A DNA stretch of 64,000 bases from Dendrobates tinctorius. Lineage: Eukaryota. The stretch covers positions 1,488,001-1,552,000 of the forward strand of contig NW_027361832.1 of the NCBI RefSeq assembly GCF_039654945.1, written 5' to 3'. Shown in pieces: positions 35,433-48,149 of the stretch (the stretch's first letter is position 1; the number at the start of each line of letters is the position of its first letter). Both the position numbers and the translations under genes were made by a program. Under the pieces are notes generated by a model. It had not been told where the DNA came from, searched no databases, and saw nothing but the letters and a program-made list of their open reading frames with translations.

Positions 35433-37471
35433 GTTGGTTGTGGCTGAGGGTCCCACTGTCTTGCTTTTATATATGTGTTGTGGGCAGAGCTACTGAGCAT
35501 GCTCAGACCAAAAAAACCGGATCCGGCCACCGGATCCGGCTGTAGCCGGATCAGGTGCATTGCGGCGCTCATAGGCTTTCATTGTGTGAAAAAGCCGGAC
35601 ACGCCGGATCCGGCGTGTCCGGCTTTTTCGCCGGAGACAAAAAACGTTACAGTAGCCGTTTTTTCCAGACGCCGGATCGCGACACATTGCCGGATCCGGC
35701 GAAAACCGGATGAAACGCATGGCCATCCGGCGCGATCCGGCGCAAATGCAAGTCAATGGGGGGGAAACCGGATCCGGCATTGCATTTCGCCGGATCCGCT
35801 TTTTGTCAAAAGCGCCGGATCGCGCCTGACGGCGAAAACCTGATGTGTGAAAGAGGCCTTAGTGAGGCTTAGCATTGCATCACCTCAAAAAGCCTTAGTA
35901 CTCCTGTGGCAAATACAATATTGCACAATACAATAGCCCTTCCAAAATGCCAGCACATTGTATGGATCGCCTGTGCTAAATATACTCCCCATAATAGTTC
36001 AGAAGACAGTGAAAGTTCATATATAAAATAACACTGCAGTGCTCAGCATTACAGATATCAAAAAAAGCAAAGAAATCTATTTTTTTTATATATGTAATGC
36101 TGAGCACTGCAGTGTTATTTTATATTTTTGTATTTTGTTTTCTGGTTCTTTATAGACTACATAATCCTTAATACATTTTTTTTTGGAGGTTTTGTATGAT
36201 TTGCAGACATGCCCCAGGCCACCGGCTGGTTTGTTTTTTTTTACAATTCCACATGGTGCAGTATGACTTTTTGATGATATTCTAATTTTGTGAGAAGCAC
36301 CTGTAGATAGGGTGGAATTTGCACCAATATAATCCTAGCATTCACACTTGTGTATTATATCGCCATCTAGTGACATGTGCTAGGAAATACAGATTTACTA
36401 TTCTTTAGGACAGTTCCCCTTTATATTTTATTTAAGAAATTTCTAAACGTGTGAGAAATGTTAAGAAATGTGGTTTTAATGTGGTCAACCAACATCGAAC
36501 AGTAGTAAATATTATGTCTGATGTGGTATATGCCCTGCATTATTGAAGCATCTTTATATGCGCTTTGCACTTCATATAACTCTCTTTTTCTCTTGATGCA
36601 CTTTATTGTTCACTATCATAGTAAATTAATTTGATTTAAAACCTTGAAAGTATTTGGCATCTCCTACATCTCACATGTATAGAAATTTCTTAAAAAAAGC
36701 TAAGGGGGAACTGTCCTAGAATAGTAAATCTGTGTTTCCTAGCACAAGCCACTAGATGGCGATGTAATAGTTAACAGACAGTGACACATGGTGGCGCTCT
36801 GGGATCGGAAAGAATGTACCGTATGTAAAAAATAAATAGTGTTCCAAAGCCTAAATTTCTGCCCAAGCGCTGAAAATATGGAACGTAGCCCCAAAAATGG
36901 TCCGATTAAAAGCTAGAGCTCAGAACGCAAAATTTAAGTATGAAATATAAAGAGTTACGGGTCTCAGAAAATAAAGATGCAAACCACATATAATTTCTTA
37001 TTTATATTAATAAAGCTGAGAATAAAACAAATAAAAATGTGTGGTTTGAGTCCCCATTTTCTGAGACCCGTAACTCTTTATACTTCATACTTGCATTTTA
37101 CATACTGAGGTCATATAAAAAAAAAAAAATATATATATATATAATAATTTTTTTTTTTAACACCACTTAAATGATAATCTTACTGATCATGTAATTTTAC
37201 TGCACAATGAATTTTGTGAAAATGGAAGTAAAGAAAATCGATGGTCAGAATTACGTTTCCATATTCTCCGATAACAGAAATAAGTCCATTTGTATGTAGA
37301 CGTGGCAAACGTCCGGTAGGAATGTCGCTCCGACGCCGGCATGTTGTTTCTTGCACCCTCCTCTAGGGAATTTGAGAGCGTCGTAGAGAAGATGTGACAA
37401 GGAGCAAACAGCACAACATTTGCGCCTCTAGATGAGAATCACAATTTCTTTTCTTTTTGTCTTGGTTCTAG

Positions 37472-37574
37472 GAGAAGAACCTGGATGATCGGGCGTATCG
37501 CAACCTAAAAGAGCTGGAAACCTATGCAGAAAACACTCAGAGTTCATTGCTGTACTTGACCTTGGAGACTCTCG
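37472..37574 (+). CDS. NDUFAF6: NDUFAF6 exon 5 ([34 protein letters not shown])
   Basis: Near-identical to recalled human sequence; 103 nt, AG/GTAAGT. Confidence 0.96.
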
Positions 37575-37869
37575 GTAAGTTTTGAGAATTTTCAGGATAC
37601 TAAATGCGTCCAAAACACGTCACAACTTTTTATAGATGGTAAAATGGCACAAGGCTTTGGAACTGAAAGTGTTGCCCTAACTGGATGCCCTACTTGTCAG
37701 AAGAAGCTATAGGTAACCCCACCAGATATATTACAGGGGAAAGTATGTAATAAATGGTCTCACCAAATCTTTTAATGCAAGAGTCTGAAAGTGTACCAAA
37801 CTACCAACACTAACTTTTGTGATATGCGGTAGACCTGAAAACACCTACTTGTGGGGGTCCAGTTCTTAA

Positions 37870-38645
37870 TGGGAACCTGTTACCTCGTTTTGCCGTTATA
37901 AGATGCGGCCACTGCTTTTCGGGGCTTATCTACAGCATTCTACAGGGTGGGTCATTTATAAAGTTGGATCCAAAATGGCTGCCATGGTTATCACCCATCT
38001 TGAAAAGTTTTCCCCCCTCCCATATACTAATGTGCCACAAACAGGAAGTTGATATCACCGACTATTCCCATTTTATGTAGGTGTATCCATATACATGGTC
38101 CACCCTGTAGAATGCTGTATATAAGACCCCCCGGTCCGCCCTGAAAAAGAAGAAAAACAAGTTTTATTATACTCACCCGGGGGGCAGTCCGGTCCGATGG
38201 GTGCCGCAGGTCCGGGTCCAGCACCTCCCATCTTCATGTGATATCGTCATCTTCCTTGCATCGTGCTGCACTCCTGCGCAGGCGTACTGTTCTTCCCTGT
38301 TGAGGGCAGAAGCAAAGTACTGCAGTGCCGGGAAAGGTCAGCGAGGCCCAGCGCATGCGCACTGCAGTCTTTACTCTGCCCTCAGTAGGGCAGATCAATA
38401 CGCCTGCGCAGGAGCGTGGCATGAAGCAAGGAAGATGAAGACATCGCATGAAGATGGGAGGCGTGGGTCCCGGACCTGCGAAGCCCATCGGACTGGACCG
38501 CCTCCGGGTGAGTATAATAAAACTTGTTTTTCTTCTCTTTCAGGTCAGACCGGGGGCTCATCTACAGCATTATAGACTGCTGTAGATAAGCCCCAAAAGG
38601 CAGTGGCCGCATCTTATAGCAGCAAAACGAGGTGACAGGTTCACA
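37870..38645. mobile_element. Palindromic TTAA-flanked (Kolobok-like) MITE with a nested TA-flanked MITE (37943-38107)
   Basis: TTAA TSD and long inverted arms; nested CAGGGTGG...CCACCCTG element. Confidence 0.85.
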
Positions 38646-40812
38646 TTAAAATACCCCACCAATCACTTAAAAAAAAAAAACAGTCAGAACTGCATAGAGC
38701 AACATATGGACTTAACAGAAAAAATTAAGACTTTGGATAGCTATGTGAAATGTTAGAATAATTGCTCGAGTTTATTTAAAGAGTAACTAAACTTTTTTTT
38801 TGTCTAATTATCCTCCAGGCATTACAAAAAATTATTTGTAACATACTTCACTGCCTTATTTTGCTTCCTGCTCTCCCAAATGCTTTGCTGCAATGCTGTT
38901 TCATTGACTACGTCATGGTACTTTAGAAGCTGCTTTCATCTGCTGCTCAGCAAAGATCCTTACACTGAAATGGTCTGTGAATTCACCTGTCTAAATTATA
39001 GAGAGAGGAAAGCAGTCAGGCTCCGACCAGGAAAGTCTCACATACTGTACAGACTGTGAGAGCATAGGGTCCGATTCATTAAGGCATTTATGCCAGAATT
39101 CTGGCATAAAACACCGTAATAAGTCTCAATAATTTTTTTTAGTTCGTTCATTAAACAACAACAAACAGATGTACACATTTTGTAAATAACCAATGCAATG
39201 TATACACGATCATCATAGTATCTGTAAAGGGAGAAAACCAACAAGTTTGCATACTGAGTTATTTGTACAGATTTCAATTTCAGCTCCTCACTCTCTTGCG
39301 AGGCCTCTGGATAATCTAGGAGTAGTTACAAGAACCCGTTATTCATTTGTACAAATGTTTGGTTATGCATAACCCAGAATAATACATTACAACCAACATA
39401 TCTAACATAATACAAAAAATTATTACTCCTACCCAGCTGCCAAAACACCCTCCATAGCACCGAGGACATTATAAACCTATAAAGTATAAGTCAATATACC
39501 CTTCACTACAGCTATTATGCTAATAACAGACCACTATCTACACCTTGTTATAGTAAGGCGAGATGTATTCCATACATCCCAAATTTTATTAAACTTCCCC
39601 TAGCAACCCCTATTCTGGTACAGCGTCCGCTCGTAAGGTATAATTGAATTTACTAGTTCAATCCAAGCTCTAAGAGAAGGATGTTGATTACCCATCCAGT
39701 GTAAACCCAATATTTTCCTGGCTAAAAAAAAGTGTCTCCCGCAGGAAAATTCTGACATGGTGTCCCCATATCTCTTCCTCCAGCACACCAAACAGACATA
39801 CCAATGGAGTGAGAGGAACAGGAGTACCTATGAGGGAGGTTAACAACGAGGTCACCTCGCTCCAAAAAGATAGAATAGTTGGGCATCCCCACACCATATG
39901 TATAAAATCCGCATCCATTGTATGACATCTTAAACATTCTGAGGATCGGGACCACCCCGTTCTAAACAGCCGTAGTGGGGTCAGATATGACCGGTGCACT
40001 ATATACATTTGAGTCATTTTATTATTGGCTGATGGAGACACCCCAGTTGGAGAACCAAGGCTCTCCTCCCAATCTTCATTTTGGATATCTGGAACTAGAG
40101 ACCTCCACCTTTCCCTTACTGACGATAAAGCAGAGTCGGAGCCCGCGGACAACATCTAAGTATATAAGGTAGAAATAAGACCCTGAGGGCCTTGTGATTT
40201 GAGACGATATTGCTTGGGTCGTATTTCTGTTACGTAAGTGTGATTGAATTGCTGATCTATGCTGTAGGTATCGAAAAAATTGGGACCTCGGGACACCGTG
40301 TTTAATTTGCATTTGCTCAAAGAAAATTAGGACATTGTGATCATATAAATCATTAATCGAGGAAACATTATGTGAGATCCAGAATTGAGTGGACGGGTGG
40401 TTTAATAGCATCGGGAAATAGAAATTATTCCATAATGGCATTTGAGCTATAACATCAACACAGCGAACCGCTCGTTTAAGTTGTCTCCAGACTGACCTTA
40501 CCAACCGGAGTAAGGGTCATAATCCAGAGACGTTAGGTTTGTCTATTTCTAAAAACCCCAACAAGCAATCAGTCCCTGAAGCATGAGCCAGATGGCTCTC
40601 CGAGTTAGGCAAACAATTATTGGGCATCCATCTACTCAGGGCTCTGACTTGCCCAGCCAAGTAATATAAAAAGAAATCCGGCAATGCTGCCCCACCCAAC
40701 TGTTTAGACCTATGTAAGGTAGACAATTTGAGTTTAGGTCTAGTCTTCCCCTATATAAAAGATGAGATTAATGGATTTAGGGATCAGTACTGCACTATGT
40801 TGGAGGGAGTAA

Positions 40813-41218
40813 AGCCCCCGTTACACACTGCGATATCGCTAGCAATATCGCTGTAAAGTCACCGATTTTGTGACGTTGCAGCGATATTACTAGCGATATC
40901 GCTGCATATGATACTTACCTCCGACCGGCTCCCCCGCTGGTTATCGCTGATCGCGCGAGAAGCTCCTGGACCGTTTCTCGTCGGTCACTTCCTGCTGCGC
41001 TTCCTGTGGCGCCGACGAGCGACGCGTGGAGCCGGGCGAGAGGACACAGGATCGCCGCGTCTGACAGGTAAGTAGCGACCCCCGACCCCAGCGATGTCGC
41101 TGGTGAGATCTGCCTGTGTGGCAGCTCACTAGCGACCACCTAGCGATGCACCAGCGATCCTGACCGCGTCATATCGTTGGTCGGGATCGCTGGTGCATCG
41201 CTTGGTGTAACGGTACCC
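40813..41218. mobile_element. Harbinger-type MITE in L1 ORF2
   Basis: TAA TSD; CCGTTACAC / GTGTAACGG TIR; AGCGAT subterminal repeats. Confidence 0.85.
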
Positions 41219-44200
41219 TAACTGAGTGTGGGTCATTTTAATCAGGTTAATACGTCCGGAGACAGATAATGGCAATTTTCTCCAGATAGCAAATTTAAAA
41301 CAAGATCTAACAACGGGAGAATATTCATTTTTAAGTCGAGTCTACTATATTTTGAAATCTTTATTCCCAGGTAGTTAAAGTTAGTTACAACAGGCAATGG
41401 GGATAACGTTTCAAGGTGATCCATTGGACCAAGGGAGAGAGGCATCAAGGCGGATGTATCCCAATTTATGTATAATCCTGAATAATTACTAAATTTGTCT
41501 ATAGTAGCAATGACATGGGGTAGCGTTTCTTCTGCTTTATCCATAAATATCACCATATCATCAGCATATAAGCCAATGGTATCTAAACGGCCCGCTATTT
41601 CTATACCTTTAATGACTGGAGTGGATCTTATACCGATCGCCAACGCTTCGATTTCAAGCGCGAAAAGGGACGGGGAAAGGGGGCACCCCTGGCGTGTTCC
41701 TCTTGCCAAAGAGAATTATTCGGATACAGGGTTATTTATTATTAGGGATCAGTACTGCACTATGTTGGAGGGAGTAACTGATTTTGGGGAGTAGGATCAT
41801 TTTAATCAGGTTAATACGTCCAGAGACAGATAATGGCAATTTACTCCAGATAGCTTTTGGTTTCATGTACATCGCGCATATCCACTTCCTAAATTTGGAA
41901 CCGAATTCATATTTTTGTAAACATGCAGATAAAAATGACCACTCAAGAGAATCGAAGGCCTTAGCCGCATCCAGCGAAGCCAAGGCCCATTCATTATCTG
42001 GCACTAGGGAACTGTACTGGACCACTGACTGAACTCTCCTAATATTAATAGATGTATTTTTTCCGGGCATGGAATGTATTATTTCTAGTATCACCGAATT
42101 TAATCTAGTGGCCAGGATTTTAGTGAAGATCTTATAGTCCACATGTACCAACAATATGGGGCAATATGATCAACATTCAAGAGGATCCTTCCCCTCCTTC
42201 CTAAGCACTATTATATTTGCCTCATAAAAGGAGGCCCTCCCAGGTCCTCTGAAACACCCTCAGGAGTGGTGCCAAAACATCCCGATATTTCCTGTACCTT
42301 TCTATGGGAAATCCATTCGGCCCAGAAGCCATTTCCACCATGGCTTCATTTATTTCCTCTATCGTGAAGTCTGCATCCAGAAAGGCTTGTTGAGCGGGAC
42401 TCAGTGTGGGAAAGTTTCCGTCTGATAAATACTCAAGGCAGTCCGAAGTGCTGATCTGAGATGCCCCTGTTCCCATGTTCCACATCCCCCACCCACATTG
42501 CCAGGTTGCTGGAACCAAATATATAATCTATATGAGATAGAGTGCGTCTAATGGACTAGTGACAGGTATATTCTCTCATGTCAGGATGACGTATCCTCCA
42601 CAAATCCAACCCACCACTTGCCCTCGATGAACAATGATAGCGGAGATGGAGAGCAGGCCATCCCGTATCCTCCGTCATCTAGTCTAAATCTATCAAGACC
42701 GTTATCCATGACAAGGTTAAAATCTCCCATGCACATAACTAATGCATCTGGATAATTTAAGGCAAAGCTTACCGCCTTTTTAACTACTGATATATTGGCC
42801 GGGGATGAGTTATAGACACACATTATGACGTAGTCTTTCAAATCTATCGACGCATGCACAAAAAATGTCCTTCAGGGTCTTTCCGAGCCTCCTTGACCTC
42901 CCATCTAGTGTCCTTATGGATTAACAAAGAAACCCCTCTAGAGTATCTGGTGTGGAATGCATGTATGGACCATTGTACCCATGGTTTCTGCACATAATGA
43001 GCCGAATCTCTGGTCAAGTGTGTTTCAACCAGGGGCCACAATGTGACGACGATGACGTTTAATCTGGGGAAAAAACCTTAATTCTCTTTCGGGGAGACCC
43101 AAGACCTCTCACATTCCAAGTCATGCATATTAATTCAGACCCCATGGTCCCTTGTCCTAATATGGTATACAGTGTCACGCAGACTGAACTTTACAGGCAG
43201 CATGAATAGTATCTTGGCAGCAGAATCTATATAAACATCAACTAACAATACTGAAGCAAGAAAAAACTAAATTAAGTTCAAAGAGGAGTTCCCAGCTCCT
43301 GTCATATTCCCAAAAAGAGGGTACCATCACTGAACATAGTGTCCGGTATCGGTGTTACATTGGACGTTGGCGGAAAGAGCCCTTTCCCCCCCCCCCCCTT
43401 GTACCCATATAGGGGACGGCAGCAGTCAAATCAGGGTGACCTTCCAGTCGCTCACACGTGGGACCGCAGCCATTCCACGGCCTCCGCCGGGGTTGTGTGG
43501 AATATGGAAGAGCCCTTGTAAACAATACGGAGTCGAGCTGGGTAAATCATTGAGTATAAGATATTTCTTTCTCTGAGATGCTTCTTGACCTCCATAAATT
43601 GAGCCTGCTGCTTCTGTAGCTCCATGGAAAAATCTGGAAAAATTGATATTGTGGCATTATTGAATTCAATGGGGCTTTTTTCCCATGCAGAGGATAGCGT
43701 CTATGTCCCTGCAGTTTAGGAGACGTGCCAAAAAAGGACGTGGCGGACTGCCTGGGGGGAGAGATTTTGTTGGGACCCTATGGGCTACAGAAAAGGATGA
43801 AGAGAACTCATCTGCCAGAGTATCTTTAAGTCAATTTTCCAAAAATCGCTCCAGCCATTGACCTTCAGAGCATTCTGGTAATCCAATGATTCGGATATTA
43901 TACCGGCGCGACCTGTTTTCCAGGTCGTCCGCCTTCTGCCTCCAGGCATTTATGGAGCCAGCTACTTTTGTCAGTTTAGTTTCCAAGGGCATAAGGGTAT
44001 CTTCCAGGCTGGAGACTCTCGTTTCAACTTCCGTAATGCGCCCTCTCATGGCTTGCATATCCTGCCGAAGATGCCCCACTTCCTAATGTACCTCCTCTAT
44101 TTTCCCAATCAGGGATGTTCAAGTTAGAGATATGGCTTGCATTAATTGTTCAGACGCCTGCCTTAGGGTCAAGTTTTCTTGATCCCCTCCTTCTCCGCTG

Positions 44201-44510
44201 TCAGAATTGCGATTTTTACACTGGTCCGCAGATTTAACATTTGATGGAGTATTTCTGCGGGATTTTGAATTATCAGAGGAGTCGGGCCTTGCAAATTCTT
44301 TTAATTTTTCAATCACCCCTGAACTCTTCGGCGGGCTCATGGTTAAGACTTATGTGGTATAGCAAGTTGGTGAAGTAAATTGTCCCTTTCCTTTGCCCCT
44401 AATTTATAGCAGCTCTCGTAGTGCAGTAGCTTAATTTGCCTGAAGTTACTACAGTGAGACAGAACAACGAAACTTATCTGGTCAGTTGTGCAACTCTTTT
44501 CCAGCTATAA

Positions 44511-45371
44511 GGCTGCGTTCACACGTCGTGGTTTTTTTGCGGCGGTTTTAAACGTGCGATTTGCCGCGAAAAATAAGCATCCCATGCATTCCTATGGGAT
44601 TCCGCAATGCTGTGCTAATGCTGCGGCTTTTTCTGTGGCGGAAACGCTTTGCGGTAAAAAACGCAGCATGCATTAATTTAGCGGAATCGTGGCAATTCCG
44701 CCCACATAGGAATGCATTGTTCTGCTTACTTTTCGCATGTGGCTGTGCCCACCATGCAAAAAGTAAGCAGAACATTTGCGGATGGTACCCACGGTCCGGA
44801 GGAGAGGAGACTGTCCTCCGGGCTCTGGGTACCATATCCCTGTTAAAATAAAAAATATTGTTATTCTCACCTTCCAGCATCCCACACAGTCTTCCTGCCT
44901 CTCTCCATGCTCCCGGCATCTTCCGGTCTCAGTAATCCTTTGCGAGAATAACCGCAAGGACGTCAAGGTCTCGCGGGAGCGTGACGTCTCGCGGTCATTC
45001 GCGCAAAGGATTACTGGGACCGGAAGATGCCGGGAGCGTGGAGAGAGGCGGGAAGGCTGCGCAGGACGCCGGAAGGTGAGAATAACAATATTTTTTATTA
45101 TTTTTTTTACATCCTATCTTTTACTACTGATGCTGCATAGGCAGCATCAGTAGTAAAAAGTTGGTCACACTCGTCAAACACTGTGTTTGACGAGTGTGAC
45201 CAACCTGTCAATCAGTTCTCCGAGCGATGCTACAGATCGCTTGGAAAATGCTAGCATTCTGCAAACTAATTACGCTTGCAAATCGCTAGTTTTTCCACGG
45301 GAAAATCGCGGGAATTTAAAATGCGATTTTCCCGCGGAATGGAATTCCGGAATTCTCGTGTGTACGTAGCC
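44511..45371. mobile_element. Harbinger-type MITE in the L1 5' region
   Basis: TAA TSD; GGCTGCGTTCACACG / CGTGTGTACGTAGCC TIR; internal palindrome. Confidence 0.85.
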
Positions 45372-46929
45372 TAATATGATAATATGCTGCTCTGTCAGCA
45401 AGTCACTGCGTTATCCGCCCTTCCAGCCTCAGGGAATTGGAAAAGTGAAAGTACAGAGATACCAGCACAGTCTGTCGTTTTATCAGCAGGGTATAAAACC
45501 TAATGTGACCTTAGCTTCAGGGCAGTAAGATCGTATTATAAAGGTCCTACAACAGACCCCGGCATGCGATCCGATGAAGTGTGCTGTCAGCAAACTGCCA
45601 CGGAGACCGCAGCGCCAGTCCCAAGCAACCGAGAGGTGATGAGAGCGGTGAATGTAATCAAGATGGCGGGTGCCAGTGGGCAGCGTATAACTTCAATGAG
45701 GGAGCACGGGGCTCATTTCTTAGAGCTCACACCATGCGTACCCTCCTGTGATCCTTTATGAGTCCTGTGCGCCGTCTAACCCGCTGCACCTGAGGTAACG
45801 TCTTCCAGGCTGCGTCTCAGTTTCAGAGCACGCAGTAGAAAATGGCCGCCTCCTCCTAGCAGGCTCTGCTTTCCGTCCGGGTCTCCCAGGATCTACCCTG
45901 ACTGGAGCCACACTTCACATGTCCTCGGAAGCCAGAGGTTCTCCGGAGCCCAGAGGGTCAACAGTATTATGAAGGTGGGTCTTTCAGGTGATATAAAGGC
46001 AGGATTTGAGTCAGGATCGTAGGAACTCTGCCTAAGCACGTCCTCTCAGCTCCTCTGCATCACCACGCCCCTCTCAAGTCTCAATATTTTTGCTCAGATA
46101 TATGGCACCATGCAGTATTTACATGGCAATCTTGGACAGCTACGCAAATATTGAAGTAACATGCGCCGGACAGGGCAAGGCTACATCGCTTGTTAAGTTA
46201 ATTTGTGGCTTAACTTACTCCAGAAATGTCCTGCAGCCCAACAGCGCATGCCAGGTAACAGATGCACCTAATTTGTTAAATGGCGCACGCCACTTAATGA
46301 ATTAAGTGCATTATACTTGGTGAGTCATTTCAGTAAGACTGGCGCCAGTTTTAATTAACCCCATAGTGTACACATCTTTGTGGAGCAGCAGTTGAAAGGA
46401 GCCTGTAAAGAGTCATGAAATGGGCATTGCAACATCAATGAAGGATGTTGGTTGAGAGAGAAAAAAGCAAATAAGGTGATAAAGCAGACGACAAAAAATC
46501 TACTAAAAATTTGCAATGTGCGGAGAATATTAAAATAATAATAAAAAAAACTTTAGTTACTCCTTTAAACACGTCCTTTATGACATGATGAAAGGCGTAA
46601 CCATTCTTGTCCCCAAACTGTGCTGTTATCTTCTTCCTTATCGACTATTTAAAGGCCATGCTATCAAATATTAACAACATCTATGTAAAGATGAGCATGT
46701 GGTGAAAGAAATGCGAAACTCCCCTGTTTTTCCTACATAAAAAGGAAGGGCCAAACATTTCCATTCTTGTTTCATAACTCCAGATGAAACAAGAATGGAA
46801 CTGTTTTTAAAGTGATTTCTTTTTCCCCATGTGAGTTGCACACTGTAACCATTGTTTTTTTTTTCCTTCGTTTTTAAGCAAGGTTTTCTTCCTTACTGAG
46901 CGGCCATCCAGGTCATGTTGATATAGAAC

Positions 46930-48100
46930 TAGAGATGGGCAAACCCGAACAGTAAAGTTTGGCGTCCGTACCAAACACCTACTGTTTGGGCACGGACACT
47001 GAACACAAACTTAATCAAGAAGTCCATGTTACTGTTCAGGTTCAGCCCCCCGAACACTAGGTGTTTGTTGCGCTGTCTTGTGCATGACTGCGTGGCAAAC
47101 ACTGCTTCTGATCAGCGGTAAAATCATCACTGCCAGTCAGACAGCTGCAGTTCCCACGCTGTCAAATGACAGTGTGAGCCCTCAGCTGTGATCGGAGGTA
47201 TAAAGTTTACCACTGGTGACTGGCGTTATCTGATGGGATTATTCATCAGCAGACTCCTGCTCTCTAAATAAATTAATTAAAAAAAAAAAAAAAAAACCGA
47301 CGTGGGTTCTCCTGTATTTTTGATAACCAGCCAGGCAAAACTGACAGCTGGGGGCTGCCACCCTCCGCTGTCAGCTTTAACAAGGTTGGTTATTAAGAAT
47401 AGAGGGGTCTCTGCAGATTTTTCTAAATGATCTAAATAAATATTTTTTAAAAATGGTGTCTAGTCACTACCAGCCTTGCTAAGGCACACAGCTGGGGGCT
47501 GGTATTCTCAGGCTGGTAAGGGACCATGGATATTGGGGGCTCCCAGCCTAAAATAGCAGCCCGCAGCTGCCCAGAAAAGACGGATCTATTAGATGCACCA
47601 ATGCTGGCGCTTTGGACGGCTCTTCCCACTTGCCCTGTAGCGGTGGCAAGTGAGGTTCATATTTGTGGGGTTGATGCCACCTTTGTATTGTCAGGTGAAA
47701 TCAAGCCCACGGATTACTTATGGAGAGGCGTCTATAAGACACCTATCCATTACTAATCCTATGGTTATATTGTATGTAAACACACAGCCAGAATAAAGTC
47801 CTTTATTTGAAATAGAAGCAAAACACACTTTTACTTTTTTACTTAAAAATAACAAACACAGTTATGCTCACCTAACATCCATTGCATTGAAGCCCTTGTC
47901 TCCTGTAATAAAACAAAAATAAAAAAAGCAACAATATTCCTTACTTGTCCATCGTGCTGTCCCATGCCATGATCCATGTTTGGGGATAAACAGTTTTCAA
48001 CCTGGATGGTGTCAAGATGTGACCATCCAGGCTGAAAACCACTGGGAGAATGAGCTGCTGCGAGCACTATGTCAATGACAAGCGGTGACGTCAAAACATT
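46930..48100. mobile_element. Partial hAT-like non-autonomous element
   Basis: Begins TAGAGATGGGCAAACCCGAAC, a TIR type related to the TAGTGATGAGCGA MITEs; other end not found. Confidence 0.5.
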
Positions 48101-48149
48101 GTTTAGCTTCAATGTTTTTCTTTGTAAGAAAAGTCTTTTGTCTTGCCAC

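Larger units (their letters stand above)
30709..35858 (+). mobile_element. Autonomous-type PIF/Harbinger transposon (5.15 kb) with two convergent intact genes
   Basis: TIRs GGCTACTTTCACACATCA / TGATGTGTGAAAGAGGCC; flanked by TTT and TTA; palindromic CGGATCCG subterminal repeats; transposase plus MADF gene. Confidence 0.96.
29438..36193. mobile_element. AT-rich, possibly Penelope-like insert hosting the Harbinger and its MITE
   Basis: 17-bp direct repeat GTATGATTTGCAGACAT at 29421-29437 and 36194-36210; inverted end segments (~29436-29458 vs ~36130-36152); hairpin at 36021-36125. Confidence 0.55.
39133..46075 (-). mobile_element. Full-length but degenerate L1-type LINE (ORF1 ~43560-44340; ORF2 ~39600-43140)
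   Basis: DDLENRSRRYNIRIIGLPE (ORF1); WNVRGL, ETHL, GDFN (APE); DAAKAFDS, GTRQGCPLSP, YADD (RT); CCHC; TSD AAGTCTCAATA at 39121 and 46076; many stops and frameshifts. Confidence 0.92.

Noticed and set aside
34793-35572. 259-aa His/Gln-rich ORF as a third Harbinger gene
   Set aside because: Crosses MADF-gene exons and introns in mixed frames; the spliced model explains the region better
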